From assembly GCF_009914755.1 (NCBI RefSeq), contig NC_060928.1: a DNA stretch of 64,000 nt, one strand, 5' to 3'. The stretch is from the human T2T-CHM13v2.0 reference genome, Homo sapiens. Under the pieces are notes generated by a model. It did not search any database and was not told the DNA's origin. It was given only the letters and a program-made list of their open reading frames with translations. Of this stretch, positions 44,700 to 61,788 are shown piece by piece. A program made the position numbers and the translations under genes. Position 1 is the first letter of the stretch. Every line of letters begins with the position of its first letter.

Positions 44700-45213
44700 C
44701 TTATACTATATTTGGCCAGTTTTCAAGTGACAAGCCCATAAGAAGAACCCAGTTCATAATCCCTGGAAGATAAATAATAGGGCCTGTGGAATCCATCACT
44801 GCCCTTGCTAGGTGCCCTCGGGCCTTATCATTTCTGTGCCCATGGCCTGACCTCCACCTGCTAGATTCTATATCTCCTTGTCTAAAGACTTTTTCACACA
44901 GCAAAAAAAGAAGTATCAGGGAATTAACACATGCTGGAGAGAGTCCTTCTCCAATGATGGGTGACATTACCCAGTTTCCCTGACCCTTGGGCAAACTCCC
45001 TGTGAAATGTGTGTTCTACATTGGCTCCCAGGTTTTCTGGTGGATTAAGCTCTAGTTTCCCATGCTGGTAACTTGTCCTTTATTGGCTGCCTTCCCCTCT
45101 CTGTTTTATATCCTCACTTCCCTATAGAGTTTTCTGGGATCACCTCCCAAATAAACTACTTGCACTCAAATCTTTGTTTTGGAAGGTGCTTCTGCATGAT
45201 CTCAAATCAAGAT
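44700..45213 (+). mobile_element. LTR16-like ERVL LTR
   Basis: cacctcccaaataaactacttgcactcaaatc...gcttctg end motif. Confidence 0.6.
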
Positions 45214-45224
45214 ATGTACTAATC

Positions 45225-45440
45225 ACAATAGTTATCATTTGTTAAGTATATGCCATGTGACAGATATTGTTGTAAGAGCTTTATACCTATTAAGCCACTT
45301 AAATGTCACTCAGTGGATAAGATAGATACTATCATCATTCTCAGTGCACAGATGAGGGAACCACAGTACAGAGAGGTTAAATACCTATCTTTTGAACCTA
45401 GTCAGATGGCTCCAGAGCCTGTGCACCTATATTAAGCTCT
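45225..45440 (-). mobile_element. MIR
   Basis: cagatgagggaaccacagtacagagaggttaaata; tttgaacctagtcagatggctccagagcc. Confidence 0.7.
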
Positions 45441-45794
45441 GCTGCTTACTGCCTCAAATGGGCCTTTGAGACATGAACAAATAAATAAATAAAAACAGGA
45501 AAGGAATAAAATCAGAAATCCAGAAGTCACACTAATCAATTCATAAATTCTAAGGGCCTGACAGAGGAAGAACCAGCAGACTTGAATACTTATTGGATAA
45601 GAGGTAAAGGAGAGAGAGGAGCAAACATAAATGCAAAGATGATAGGAGGTATAATCCCTGAATAAAAATTTACATTACCTCTAGAAGGTTAAAGATGGCT
45701 ACAAATGTTTTGTTACTCCTCCTATTGAGAGGTGGAGGCTGTAATTTCCCTCACATTTAAATCTGGACTGATCTTAGTGATTTGTTTGACCAGT

Positions 45795-46238
45795 TATATT
45801 AGTCAGGGTTCTCTAGAGGGACAGAACTAACAGGATAGATGTATATATAAAGGGGAGTTTATTAAGGAGTATTGACTCACACGATCACAAGGTGAGGTCT
45901 CACAATAGGCCATCAGCAAGCTGAGGAGCAAGGAAGCCAGTCTAAGTCCCAAAGCTGAAGAACTGGTAGTCTGATACTTGAGGGCAAGAAGCATCCAGCA
46001 CAGGAGAAAGATGTAGGCTGGGAGGCTAAGCCAACCTAGTCTTTCCACGTTCTTCTGCCTGGTTTTATTCTGGCCGCACTGGCGGTTGATTAGATTGTGC
46101 ACACTCAGACTGAGGGTGAGTCTGCCTTAACTGACTCAAACGTTAATCTCCTTTGGCAACACCCTCACAGACACACTCAGGAACAATACTTTGCATCCCC
46201 CAATCCAATCAAGTTGACACTCAGTATTAACCATCACA
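45795..46238 (-). mobile_element. MLT2A (HERV-L) solo LTR
   Basis: tattagtcagggttctctagagggacagaacta ... aagttgacactcagtattaaccatcaca; TSD ccagt/ccagc. Confidence 0.88.
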
Positions 46239-46444
46239 CCAGCAGAGTGCACAGGAAGTAATAGTCTAACTTCCAAGACTAGGTCAAAGAAACCTTGCAG
46301 CTTCTGCCCAGATCTTTTAGGATGGTACCTCTGGGAACCTTGTACTACCATGTGAGAAGCCTTCCATGCTACAGAGGCCACAAGCAGGTGTGCCAACTGA
46401 TGGTCTTGACTGGGCATAACTTCCCAACAACCCCTGCAAAGGCC

Positions 46445-47665
46445 CCAAAAAGCTTGGATCTTCCAAAACTAGAGTGCACCAATCTGTTTCAGAAGCAGCC
46501 AATAAATGGGTTCACTGTATGTAGGGACTTTTAAAACAATAATAAAATGGACGAAAAGTTGGTCTGCTTTTTGTTATTACCATGAGCTGGCAATTCTAAA
46601 CAATGTCAGTGGTAAACTATTATTACCTGGAAAAAATCTTTTGTTGGCCTAATTTCTAAACAACCGCTGTGGTCATTGTTAAGTTTTAATCATATGCAAG
46701 TACACTTCAGATTAGCACATTTTTGTTACCTATTCTTTAATAAACATTATATTCTGCATGGAAGTAAATTCGGAGAACTCCTAGTTTTACCCCCAACACT
46801 TCCAGCCTCAGCAACATGCTTATTTCAAGCTCTCTGTGGGAACATTGTGGACAGCTGTGGACAGTTCATTCTCCTACCCCTGTAAGCACATATTCCTGCA
46901 TTGCTATGTGAGAGTCAAACAATAATAGCACAGTAGTTGCAAAAACAAAGAAACAGACCTTGAGTGTCTTCAAAACTCTCATTCTACTTGACCACTTAGA
47001 GTTTTAATTTGTATTTAACATCTAAAACAGTGAAACAAGGTGTAAATTACAAGGTGTAATATTGATGTTTGGTAAGTGCAAATTTTAGTTTATACATTAA
47101 ATAGTTTGCTGAGTTTAAATAATATTTTTAAAAGTTAAAATGTATTCTATTTTAATTATTTTAAATCTAAATAATAAAGCAAGAAAATGAAATATTACAC
47201 GAGTAGTACAATTTAACAGTCCCCTAAATTAAATCTTTTATAGACTTTTCAGCTTTCCTAAAACTAACTAGTTACTGTACAATTATTATCTAAAATATTA
47301 TTATACTAGACTGGAACAAAAAGGATCAAAGTTCAAACTATGCAGATTAAATAGAACAACTAGTTAATACATAGTTGTGCATTTTTCCTTTTCTTGGTAC
47401 TGTACTATTTTACTTTCTTTTTCTTTTTCTTTTTCTAACAGACAGGGTCTCACTCTATCATCCAGGCTACAGTGTAGTGCAGTGTGTTTTTCTTTTTGTA
47501 AAACAGGTATGATTATGCATATAAAGTTTAATAAAAAAGAATTTTTCAATTTTTCTATTTCTCCTGTGGGCATTATTGTTATTAATTTCATTTCATGTTA
47601 TTACTGAAAATAACTGTATCTTCTAGAGGAAAAGGGTGTTAAAAAATGTGATCTGTTCTTACACC
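46445..47665 (-). mobile_element. hAT-Blackjack (MER63-like) DNA transposon with a short antisense Alu 3' fragment at ~47415-47480
   Basis: AT-rich interior; gggtgttaaaaaatgtgatctg terminus motif. Confidence 0.5.
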
Positions 47666-48140
47666 ATATACACAGCTCATCCACCAGCCAAATACCACCA
47701 AGTGGTCAACACTAATTCCACGCGGAAAAGAAGACCCACCTAGTCATGGCCCTGCCTGCATTCCAAAAGTCATGAAATATAATAAAATAGTCATTGTTTT
47801 AAGCCACTAAGCTTCGGGGAGGCTTAAGATTACAGCAAAAGAGAACTGAAATATTTACAAAGCTGAAAAACTAGGAGGTTTATAATATTTTTCCTTTGCT
47901 TTGTGAAATGATTTAACATGGATTTGTGAAACTGGAGAGTTTTTTCATAAGTTTTTTTTTTTTACTTGTTATATTTTTTAAAGTCTAAGATAACTCTAAC
48001 AAGCAGTCATTCTTACCTAACAAAGTTTCTTGGGTGATTCTGATAAACTCATTCCCAAACCACCATATTCCAACATTCTTGAGAACTGCTAATATAAAGA
48101 AAAGCACTTGTTAAAGATAATTGGAAATACGTAATCATAG

Positions 48141-48464
<324 letters not shown>

Positions 48465-48789
48465 TCTGAGAGTTCTTAATTAGTTGTTCACCAATATTTT
48501 TGAGCTCCTACCATGTGCCAGGCACTGTTGTAGGCACTGTGACGTAAGAGTGAGCAAGCCAGGGTTCCTGACCTTATGGAGCTTATATTCTGGTAAATTA
48601 TGATAATCAGTTTACTTCTGGGTACATTTCATTTTAGAGATTATTGGCACATTCAAGTGACTGGGGACAATAGATATCCAGGAAAAAAGTAAGTGCTAGC
48701 CAATAGAACTGAAGATTCGGATTTTAAAATGATTAGGATTTGGCACATGTATTACTCCATGACAAAGTCTGAGTGAAAATTGTAATAAT

Positions 48790-49173
<384 letters not shown>

Positions 49174-49481
49174 TTATGCTTTTTTATCCCTTGAAGCCAC
49201 TCTTCCCTGTGTTAGCTTCATTCTCAGGTAGGCCCTCTCCTCTCCCTGTGGCAGCAAACATGGCCATGTACAGCTCCTGATTCATGTCATTCAGAGTCCC
49301 CCACAGTGCTTGATACAGAGCAGACACTCAATAAGCATTTGTTGAATGGCTGAATCTCAGTTTATCATCCCAGACTAAAAGATGACCCTGTCTTCCCCAG
49401 CATTGATATAAAAACTTCAAGTGAACTCTGATTAGCCCTGCTTTGACAATGTGTCCATTCCTAGACTGAACACCGTGTTAA

Positions 49482-49804
<323 letters not shown>

Positions 49805-50754
49805 AAAATAGGAATTTTTTTAATTGGCCAGCCTGGTTTGGAATGAGAGCCACATCATAATCCTATGGCATGGGAGAGAGGCAATTTTTGAAAGGAAAAG
49901 GTGCTTCATAGGCAAAGTAATGTAATATATACCCTACAGTGTGAAAGGGAGCAAAATAAAGTAGGCCCAAGAATAGAGTTAAAAGAATATTCACAATAAA
50001 AGGCTAATAAAAGAAAAGGTCAAAAAGTAAGATAAACCAGGAGGGTATGAAATTTTAGGAAGTGAGGGATAGAGATGGCTTTAAATAACACAGGGAACTC
50101 AACAAAGTCTAATCCAGCATATAAAAGAGGAAAAGAACCAAAAATGAATCTCAAAATAGTGTGACTTGCTAGATACCTTAAAAAAGTGTAATGACCATCT
50201 ACTTATGTGCCAAGCAATGTGCCAAGGACTGGAAATATACTGGTACTTTGATGTGGTTTCTAGTCTCTTTGGGAATACATAGCAGCAAACTGGCAAACAC
50301 AGGACAAGAGCTTTGTCTCTGGAAAGCACTTGGGGCAGGAAACATAGGATTCCTGCCATGATGCCTACAGCGTATGCTTTCAGACATTCACTCTTGGCTC
50401 CAAGGTCCATATAAATCAATCAACAAAATAATGAATGAAAAACTAAATTTTAAAAACTTTTATATCATACTTCTACTAATATAAGTGCTATTGACAATCA
50501 TTACTATATACCCATATGCCACATACATGGAAAATGGTTTGCAAACTGCTTTTATCAATTTCATAGACCTTGATAAGGTCATAGATGTTTTGACTTGCAT
50601 TTTATCCCATAATGTGATGGGATTGCCCAAAAGAGGTACTATTATATTCTAATTCCAATCAGTGTGAGGTACTCTGAGCACTAGAATCAACTTAGAATTA
50701 TCAGTAAAAATACCTCTAAGAAATCAAAGATGACCTATTTAATTGGAAATTAAT

Positions 50755-52530
<1,776 letters not shown>

Positions 52531-52846
52531 TTTATATGCCTCTAGATTTAATCATCAAAATAATGCAATCTACTAATACTAGCCCTTAACACATACAAGC
52601 CCTAATGAAATTGGAACAAGCCTCTTTAACTTTACCGGCTCTAGGTTGCTGCATTATGCAACATGACAATACATGTTACAATCAAAAGCCCTAGTAATCA
52701 CCGTGTTTGTATTGTTTGCTGCTTTGCAGGGAATTTGAGGTGCAGAAGGACAAAAAAGAAGGAAGCAGCTTCTCTTAAGAGAAGCATGTGTTCACTGCCT
52801 CACAAATGGTCCACAAGCAAGTCAAAACTTAAAAGGCAGAATAGGT

Positions 52847-53203
<357 letters not shown>

Positions 53204-53352
53204 TCAGGTTGGGTGTGCTCGCCGTAATGAAAACCTACCGCTACCTTGACTGACTGACCCGGGTAAGAAAACTGGGCTGCTGCTGCTTCTCATGCACCCT
53301 GTGTAGATGCAAAGAATGAAGGGGAGCCCTGCCATCTCTTAGGGAAATATTT

Positions 53353-53598
53353 CAGCCTGGGTAACATAGCAAGACCCCATCTCTACAAAATATAAGAAAA
53401 TTAGTCCAGCACGGTGGCACACATCTGTAATCCTAGCTATTTGAGAGGCTGAGGCAGGAGGATCTCTTGAGCCCAAGTTCAAGGCTGCAGTGAGCTATGA
53501 TCATGCCACTGCACTCTAGCCTGGGTGACAGCGAGACCCTGTCTCTAGAAAAAAAGAAAAGAAAAGAGAAGAGAAGAAAAAAAAGAAAAGAAAAGAAA
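53353..53598 (+). mobile_element. 5'-truncated AluJ with (GAAAA)n tail
   Basis: TSD aaatatttca; aaggctgcagtgagctatga. Confidence 0.88.
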
Positions 53599-53624
53599 AT
53601 ATTTCAATTCCCCCTTTAGAACAA

Positions 53625-54175
53625 TGGCAATAAAACCACCATTTTACAGATACAACAACCAAAGAGCATAGGTAGGAAGCAAACTGCCAACGTCTCAGTT
53701 AGTAAGTGACAAAGCCAAGATTCAAAACTAAGTTTTCTAACTCCAAGGCCAATACTCTTTCCAAGGCCAGCTACATCATGGCTGCTAACCGCTTTAGACA
53801 GTCTTTGGCTAATAACGATACAGAACACTATAACTGGAAGAAGAAAAGCTGTACGATTAAATTAATCACCCTCACCTTTCATCTTGTGGGTTTTAAGTTT
53901 GGAGTTTGATGAACCTTTAAGTTTGGAGAGATAAACCTTTGAATTCACATGTGGGAAAAGTGTTGCACATGAATATGTCATTTCATTAATAACACGTAAA
54001 ATGCTTTAAAGTACATTTGATCCTCACACAATCCTATAAAATAGGTAAGGCTGGATTTGTTATAACCACTTATTAAAACAAGAAAAATGAGGCTCAGTGA
54101 GGCTAAGTTGGCTTGCCAAAGATGACATAGTTTTTATATTAGAGATGGAGCTGGAACAAGAACTCACATTCACTA
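53625..54175 (-). mobile_element. Two MIR fragments (~53630-53770 and ~54000-54170)
   Basis: ccattttacagat; aaaatgaggctcagtgaggctaagttggcttgcc. Confidence 0.65.
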
Positions 54176-54209
54176 TCTGAAGGTTTTTTACACTTCTATT
54201 TCTATTTTA

Positions 54210-57200
54210 TTATTTTACTTACAAAAGGGCATATATTATAATCAACCACACAGCTTAAAAACCTGAACATTGACATTTTTGCTGAAGTCCCTGGATCCCC
54301 TCCCAAAAGACCACTGTGCTTCCTAACTCCAAGGATCATCATTTGTATATCGTATAGTGCTAAGAGTGCCCTGGAGTTGTGCCTCTGGTAGTCCTGCCCC
54401 ATCTCACCTCTCTCCCCTCAATCCTAAACTGTGTTTATCATTACCTTGCTTTTCTTAATACTTCACCACATATTTTTATTACTCTTAAAACATATTATTT
54501 AATTTTGCCTGTTTTTTATATTTTTTCATTCTGTTTCTACTCTTTTACGACTTGTTTTTTCACTCCATGTTTTGTTTGTGAGCTTCATCCATGTTGATGT
54601 GAGTAGCTGTAGTTCATTCATTTTCAACTTCAGCATGGTCTTCCACAGTATGAATTCCCCAATGTGTTTGTCTAGTCTCCTGCCATTGAACATTTGGGTT
54701 GCTTCTAGATTGGGGCTCTCATAAGCAACACAACCATGAATATTTTTATGTGTGTCTTCTGATCCACAAGAGCAAGAGTTTTTCCTAAGTATGAAAGTAG
54801 AAGTGTAATTGCTAGGTTGTAAGATTTACACATCTTCAGCAATACGAGACAATTCCAAATTTTCCAAAGTTTTGTACCAATTGATATTTTGATCATCAGT
54901 GTATAAGAGTTTCTGCTTTATCTACATCCTCAGCAACCACTGATATTATGCATTTTAATTTTTGCCACTATAAGTATAAACCTCATAGTACCTCATTGTA
55001 GTTCTAATATGAATTTTCCTGATTACAAATGGGGTTGAGCGTCCTTTCACAATTTTGTATTCATTTCTGTGTCCTTTTCTGTGCAGTGATTGGTCATATC
55101 ATTGGCCCATTTTTCTGTTGGATTGCCTGACTTCCTCTAATTGATTTTTTAAAATAATTTGCATATTAAGTAAAAATCTTTGTCAATTATATATGCTGCA
55201 AATTTCTTCTCTCAAGTTGAATCCTGTGTTTTACTTTGTTTAAGGTATCTTTTGATAAGCAGATCTTAATTTTAATATAAGCATATTTATCAATACATTC
55301 ATTTTTGGGTTAATATTTTCATCTGTGATGTGGTGAAAGATACTTAAAAATAACCCAAAATAATCTTTGCACTCCTGGAATAAACCCAACTTGATAACTA
55401 TGCAATCTACTTTTCTGTGCACTGCTGAATTTGATTCTGTTTAGAATTTTTATTTCTATATTTATGAATGAGATTGATCTGCAATTTTCCTTTTCTTACT
55501 CTGGTTTTGATATTAAAACTGTACCATTCTTACAACATAAAATAGAGAGTATCTGAAATAATTTTCTTATTGATATTATGTCTTCCTGGAATGCTTTCTA
55601 GAATTCAGCAGAAGAGCTCTCTGATCTGGTGTTTTCTTTGTGAAAAGATACAGAACCACTGATTCAATTTCTTTAGTGGTTATAGGATTCAGGTTTTTAA
55701 ATCCTTCTTAAGTCAATTAGGGTTAACATTTTTCTAGGAGTTTTTCCACTTGGTTTTTAAATTTACTGGCATACATTATTTTAATGTCTGCTGCATCTGT
55801 ATTTATGTCCTCTTTTTCATTCCTTATTTTATTTGTGGCTTTTCTCTTTTTATTATAAATCTTGCCATCTATTTGGTAATTTTACTGGTATTTCAAAGAG
55901 TCAACTTTTGACTTCTTTATTTTCTTTATTGTATTTTATTTTAATTTTATTTATTTCTCTCTTATCTTTATTATTTCCTTCCTTTTACTTTATTTATGTT
56001 TCTTCTACTGTGCTCATTCTAATTCTAAAAAGACTGGATTAAGCCAATTATATTTAAATTTCTTCTTTTATAATACAAGTATTTAAGACTATAAGTTTCC
56101 CACAGGTTCTCTTTTTTTTTCTTTTTTAAAACATTTCAATTAACAAATAATAATTGCATATATTTGTAGGGTACAGTGTGATGTTTTATATATTATATGT
56201 TGTGGAATTATTAGATCAACTTAATTAACATATCTATCGCCTCACATACTTAACCACAAATTCTCTCTTATTCCATATCAAATCTTTCTCATTTTCAGGG
56301 TGATTCCTCCTTTTACTAATGAACTTCTTTATTCTTTTTATTATATCTTATTTTTTATTCTCTTTATTATAATCTTATTTTTATTCTCTTTACTATATCT
56401 TCTTTTATCAATGAACTTCTTTATTCTCTTTATTATATCTTCTTTACTTCTTTATTCTCTTTATTATATCTCATTTTTAATTTTATTAATCCCCTTCTTA
56501 TCTTTATTATTTCCTTCTTTTTACTTTATTATGTTTATTCTACTGTGCTTGTTCAAATTTCTAAAGAGACTGAATTAAGTCAATAATGTTTAAATTTCTT
56601 CTTTTATAATACAAGTGTTTGAGGCTTGGGGTTTTTTTAATTTCCAAATATAGGGAATTTATTTTATCTTGTATCATCTTATTGATCTCTAACATAATTG
56701 TCTTGAGAGAAACAAAAATATGATCTATAGCATATTAATTATTTGAATTATTGCTCTATGGCCTGGAATTTAGTCCGTTTTTGTAAATGATCCACATGAA
56801 CTTGAAAAGAATGGATCTACATCAATTGCAGGGTTCTACTTTCTATATAAGTTCATTAGATTAACGTAATTAGTTCATGCTAATTATGTTGCTGAAGTCT
56901 TCCATATTGTTACTAATTTTTTTGTTGGCTTAATCTATAAATTGCTGAGAAGACCATTAAAATTTTCCAAGGTGATATTTACCAATTTGATAAACAGTGG
57001 ATACATAGTAAATATAACAATTTTTATTTGCAGTTCTATTAATTTTTGCTTTTTGTATGCAAAGTTATGTTATTATTCTAGGAAGGATAAATTAATTCTT
57101 TTTAAGTTAACTATGTACTGGTTTTCTTTCACCCTGTTTAAACTTCAAGTCTATTTGTCCAACAGTAATATGGCTATACCAGCTTTCATTTCACACATAT

Positions 57201-57269
57201 TTACCTATCTTTTCCTATCCTTTTACTTTCAACTTTTTGGTATCGTTACAGGGGTGTGTGTCTGTGTGT

Positions 57270-57311
<42 letters not shown>

Positions 57312-57690
57312 TGATCCACTATAACAATGTTTTGCTTTTAAATAGAGAATTTAACTAATTTATATTTATTGAAAACATATTTTTTATTTATGTATTTTGT
57401 GCTTTCATTTTATCCTGCTTTTTCTACATTTATTTCTTTTTCCTTGACTTCTTTTGGATTAACTGATTTTTTGACCCTTCTTTGCTTTATTCTCCTCTAA
57501 AAGCTTGAAAAATATATAATCTATTTCTATTTTCTTATGACTTCCCAGAAACTTAACATACGTAATTAACAAAATCTGAAGTTAATCAACCTCTTTCTTG
57601 TCAACCAAACAATTCATGGAATTTGGAGTGTTTTTAATACAATGATCATCATTAGACTCCCTACTGAAGTAATACTATATTGTCCAGTAG
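54210..57690 (-). mobile_element. Long degenerate L1ME with internal duplication and L1MA 3'-tip insert (~56110-56255)
   Basis: cttcatccatgttgatg; ctggaataaacccaacttgat; ccactgattcaatttcttta; insert flanked by ccaca(gg/aa)ttctct. Confidence 0.7.
57254..57308. repeat. (TG)n microsatellite
   Basis: Read directly. Confidence 0.95.
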
Positions 57691-57699
57691 AAAAAAACT

Positions 57700-58085
57700 A
57701 AGCCAGAACAAGAAAGATCAGGAGTACTGAGAAAAATGGGCAAGTTGCCATTTTAAGTACAGTAAAGGTTCAGGCCTCATTAAGAAGACATTTGAGCAAA
57801 GACTTGAAAGAGATAGTGTTAGGCAGAATCTGGGGGGACAGCATTCCAGGCAAAGGGATCCACAGGTGCAAAAGCCGTAGGAAAGAAACAAGCCTAGAGA
57901 GTTCTAGGGACAGCAGGGGGTGTGGCTGGAGCAGAGTGAGCTGAAGGAAAATACTAGATGCAGTCAGACAAGCAATGAAGGGTCAGCTCAGGTGGGACTT
58001 TCTTGGTCGTTTTAAAAATCTGTAGCTTTAACATGTGGAGCTTTTGGGGAATTTTGAGCAGAGAAGTGACATAACTACTTTTATT
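57700..58085 (-). mobile_element. L2 fragment
   Basis: gacatttgagcaaagacttgaa; gcattccaggcaaaggg; gtggctggagcagagtgag; ttttgagcagagaagtgacat. Confidence 0.75.
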
Positions 58086-58500
58086 TTTAAAGTTCTCTCC
58101 CTTAATTTAAATACTAAGATACTAGAGAATTTTCTCAGAAACAGCGTTTCATTTCTACACATACATGCACATACAAATGCCATCGTATTTGGATGAAAGG
58201 AAATAAGAACATCTTATGGGAGACACTTTTAAATATGTGTGTTTCGTGTTGATTAAACTTTTTATAGTCCTAGTTTTTCTGTAGAAAAAGTTAAAATCAT
58301 AGATGATCAGAAAGAAAAATTATGTCTAATTGTCCAAAGAATACCACAATTGAATTATATTGTAAATATATAATACATAAAATATCTGCTTTGTCCCTTA
58401 ACAACATACTATGAAATTTCTTCATCCAAGCAAATATCTATCTACATTAGTTTTTCATGGTTAAATAATATTCCATTCAATAAATGAATTATGTATTAAT

Positions 58501-58802
<302 letters not shown>

Positions 58803-60559
58803 TAATTTTTAAAACTTTTAAAATTCCCCCATATGTTTAAGGTACTTCCTATGTTTACTATTCTTAATAACTCTTCAATGAACAACTTTGCATTTGCAAG
58901 TTTGTTTACTTGTTCCACTACTTCCTGGATATAAATTTTTGGATGTGGTTTTGCTAAGTCAATTTTCAAATTTTTAAGATTCCTAAGTCTTTGGAATCCT
59001 CCTGCTCCTTTAGCTTTCTGAAAAATGATTGAATGTATTCCTTTGACACAGTCACCCCCAGGCTGTTGGTCAATAAATCCACATCTTACCCAAGCTGTAT
59101 AGTGCCAAAGAGTATTTAGCCAGGTGTGGAGAGAGAACAGAACAAGCCAACTCTCCAGAATCCTTTGGGATATGTGCATAATGGTCTTCTCCCACAAGGA
59201 AAACAAAACAAAGATACGGCAAAAATTCAAAGAAAACCGTGGAACTCAATAACACACTATTCTTTGGTTTCAGCATTTCTTGATGATTATTATGTCATTT
59301 GCAAATGATGGTTCAGGTTATTCTTCTCAGATAACACATATTTATCTTCTCCAAAGATGTTAGCCCTTTATGTCTTCCTTCTGAATGTTCTTTAAAACAC
59401 TGTCTCTGGAGAGAAGAAAAGAATTAAAAACAAGGAAGAATTTCTGGCAGAACAGTATGGTCTACACCATTAAATGTGCTCTGTCTTTCTTCCTCATTTC
59501 TCCCCTAGTCCATAACTCTTTAGAAAAAAAAAAATGCTGATAGAATTATTCTCCTTAATCTCTGCGCAGTTTAATTTGGAAATATTCCTAGAACAACATG
59601 GCAAAATAATTTAGGGCATGTAAAAACGGTGAAGTAGACCTTGACCAAAATTCAAGCAATCACTGAGGGATGGATCGGTCAGAGGACCTGGGGACTTGAA
59701 GACAGGGCTATGGCAGTAGGAACACCTAACAGGGGGGTTTTAACACCCCTTTACCTCCCTGTATGATCCAGTGCTTGCTCAAAGAATTAGGGAGAGGAGG
59801 TATCCTGAAGACACCACCAAACTGGGAATATAAAGGGTTTGTTTTGAGGCTTGAGACCCAACTATCCCAATTATCAACTTAGAACATTATCACTTAGAAG
59901 CAATACAGCACAGTAGTCAACAACCTGGGCTTTGGAGTCAAGCAAAGGAAATACGGAAGGCTTTGTCCCAAAACTCAAGCAGCCTAGATACTGGAATTTT
60001 TTTCATGTCTAAACATAAACCATGAATATTCAGAGAGCCTCTCTTAAAAACAGTCACACTGTCAGCAGAGAGGAAGGTTGCAGCTGCCCTTGAACATCTC
60101 TGCCACTTATTAGGGCACACCCCATGGGGACCATAATGCTCACCCCATGTGGCGGCTGTGAGGATCAAGTGTGTAAAGCACTCAGCATAGTGCTTGACAC
60201 AGAATGCTATAGCTATGATTATGCTATTAATAAGATTACTTACCCTTTCTAGATCACAATTGACTCATCTATGAAATAAAAAGATGGTACTTGATGATTA
60301 CTACAGTTTCTTTTAATTCAATTCTAATTAAAGTATATTAAATATAAAATACTGTGCAAGCACAAAATTTGCACCTACATTAAAGATTTAATCAAAACAC
60401 TTGAAATTAAAATATATACTTTATTCACTTGTGAACTATTCTCAGATCAATACAATCATCACAGTTAAATGCATGTCACCATATCTAAAAACTGAGCCCT
60501 CAATTTTCATTTAACCCAGGGAGGTACAGAAATACACATGCAAATTTCATCTCATATCG

Positions 60560-61380
60560 CCACCTCTGTGAGCTCATTTTCTTCAGTACTCTCTCTCCTC
60601 AATCCTCTCCAGCCTCAATACTGTCCTTGATATTCCATAGGCCACGCACAATCTCAGCTCAAGGTCTTTGCACTTGTTCTCTCTTCCTAGAATGCCTTTC
60701 CAATACATATTTACATAGCTTTCCCCGACACTTCACTCACATCTCCTATCAGAAAGGCTTTCCCTGACCACAATGATATCATTCTCTATCCCCATACCTT
60801 TAATATTTATTGTGTTAATCCATTTTGCATTGCTATAAAGGAATACCTGAGACTGGGTAATTTATAAAGAAAAGAGATATATTTGGCTCACAGTTCTGCA
60901 GGCTGTACAAACATGGCACCGGCATCCATTTAGTCTCTGGTGAGGACTCAAGAACCTTACAATCATGGTGGAAGGCAAAGGGGGAGCTGATGTATCACAT
61001 GGCAATGGTAGGAGCAAGAGAAGGATGTCAGGCTCCTTTAAATAACCGGTACTTATGTGAGCTAACAGCAAGAATTCACTCATTACCCTGGGGAGGTCAC
61101 CAAGTCATTCATGAGGGATCCACCCCCATGACAACACTTGCTTAAACTATTAGAGCAAAATAAACTCAATTTGAGATTTGGAGGGGACAAATATCCAAAT
61201 CATATCACCCATGTATTACATGCATGTCTGTTCTTGTCCATGGCCCTCACTATAAATTATGTTCCATGATGAGAAAGATGTTGTTGCTATTACTACCTGG
61301 ATCCCCAGAGTCTAGATGTATGCCTGGCACACAGTAGAAGCTCAGTAAATATTTGTCATTTGAATGAATGAATGAAAGAG
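60560..61380 (+). mobile_element. L2 3' end interrupted by an MST LTR
   Basis: ggtctttgcacttg..cctagaatgcc; tgcctggcacacagtagaagctcagtaaatatttg..tgaatgaatgaatgaa. Confidence 0.7.
60811..61207 (-). mobile_element. MSTB-like MaLR solo LTR
   Basis: gcattgctataaaggaatacctgagactgggtaatttataaag ... ggaggggacaaatatccaaatcatatca. Confidence 0.88.
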
Positions 61381-61764
61381 TGAAATATTCATGAAGAGTG
61401 GATCAAGGAATAAAAGGAAATCTATTAATCCCTTTCTAAGAAATGTGTCTAATAAACACATTAATTAGGAGCCTTAGCTACTTCAACTGATGGTAACATT
61501 TTAAATTCAGGCATGTGTTTGACTGATCCTGGAAAGTGAAGGAGGACAGAAGATATTAGGCTGGGCCAGAAATCTACCCAGCCAGCTTTGTAAAGACTCT
61601 CAACTCTAAAGATTCTGTGTCCAGCTATGTAGCTAAAAAGAGAAAAATGTGAGCTGTGAGTCTTTAAGAAGAAATAGAATCCTGTCTCCTCTCAGCCTGC
61701 CTGGAGGGAGTCCTGCTGGCTTCTTCCCTTAGAAGGACAGCTTGCTCCCCTTTGAATGGAAAAC

Positions 61765-61788
61765 GGGGGGGCGGGGGGGGGGGATGGG
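61765..61788 (+). other. G-run with G-quadruplex potential
   Basis: G7-C-G11-AT-GGG. Confidence 0.6.

Larger units (their letters stand above)
45680..47852 (+). mobile_element. MLT1G/H-like LTR split into three pieces by MLT2A and a MER63-like element
   Basis: aagatggctacaaatg...cctattgagaggtggag start; ttgttttaagccactaagctt...acagcaaaagagaactgaaa end. Confidence 0.65.

Noticed and set aside
55833-57310. Hydrophobic F/L/I-rich ORFs resembling membrane proteins
   Set aside because: Artefact of T-rich antisense L1 and low-complexity sequence.
59070-59230. Possible minus-strand exon with a TGG/GTAAGA donor near 59080-59088 and open frames
   Set aside because: No recognisable protein and an ambiguous acceptor; cannot be supported without transcript data.
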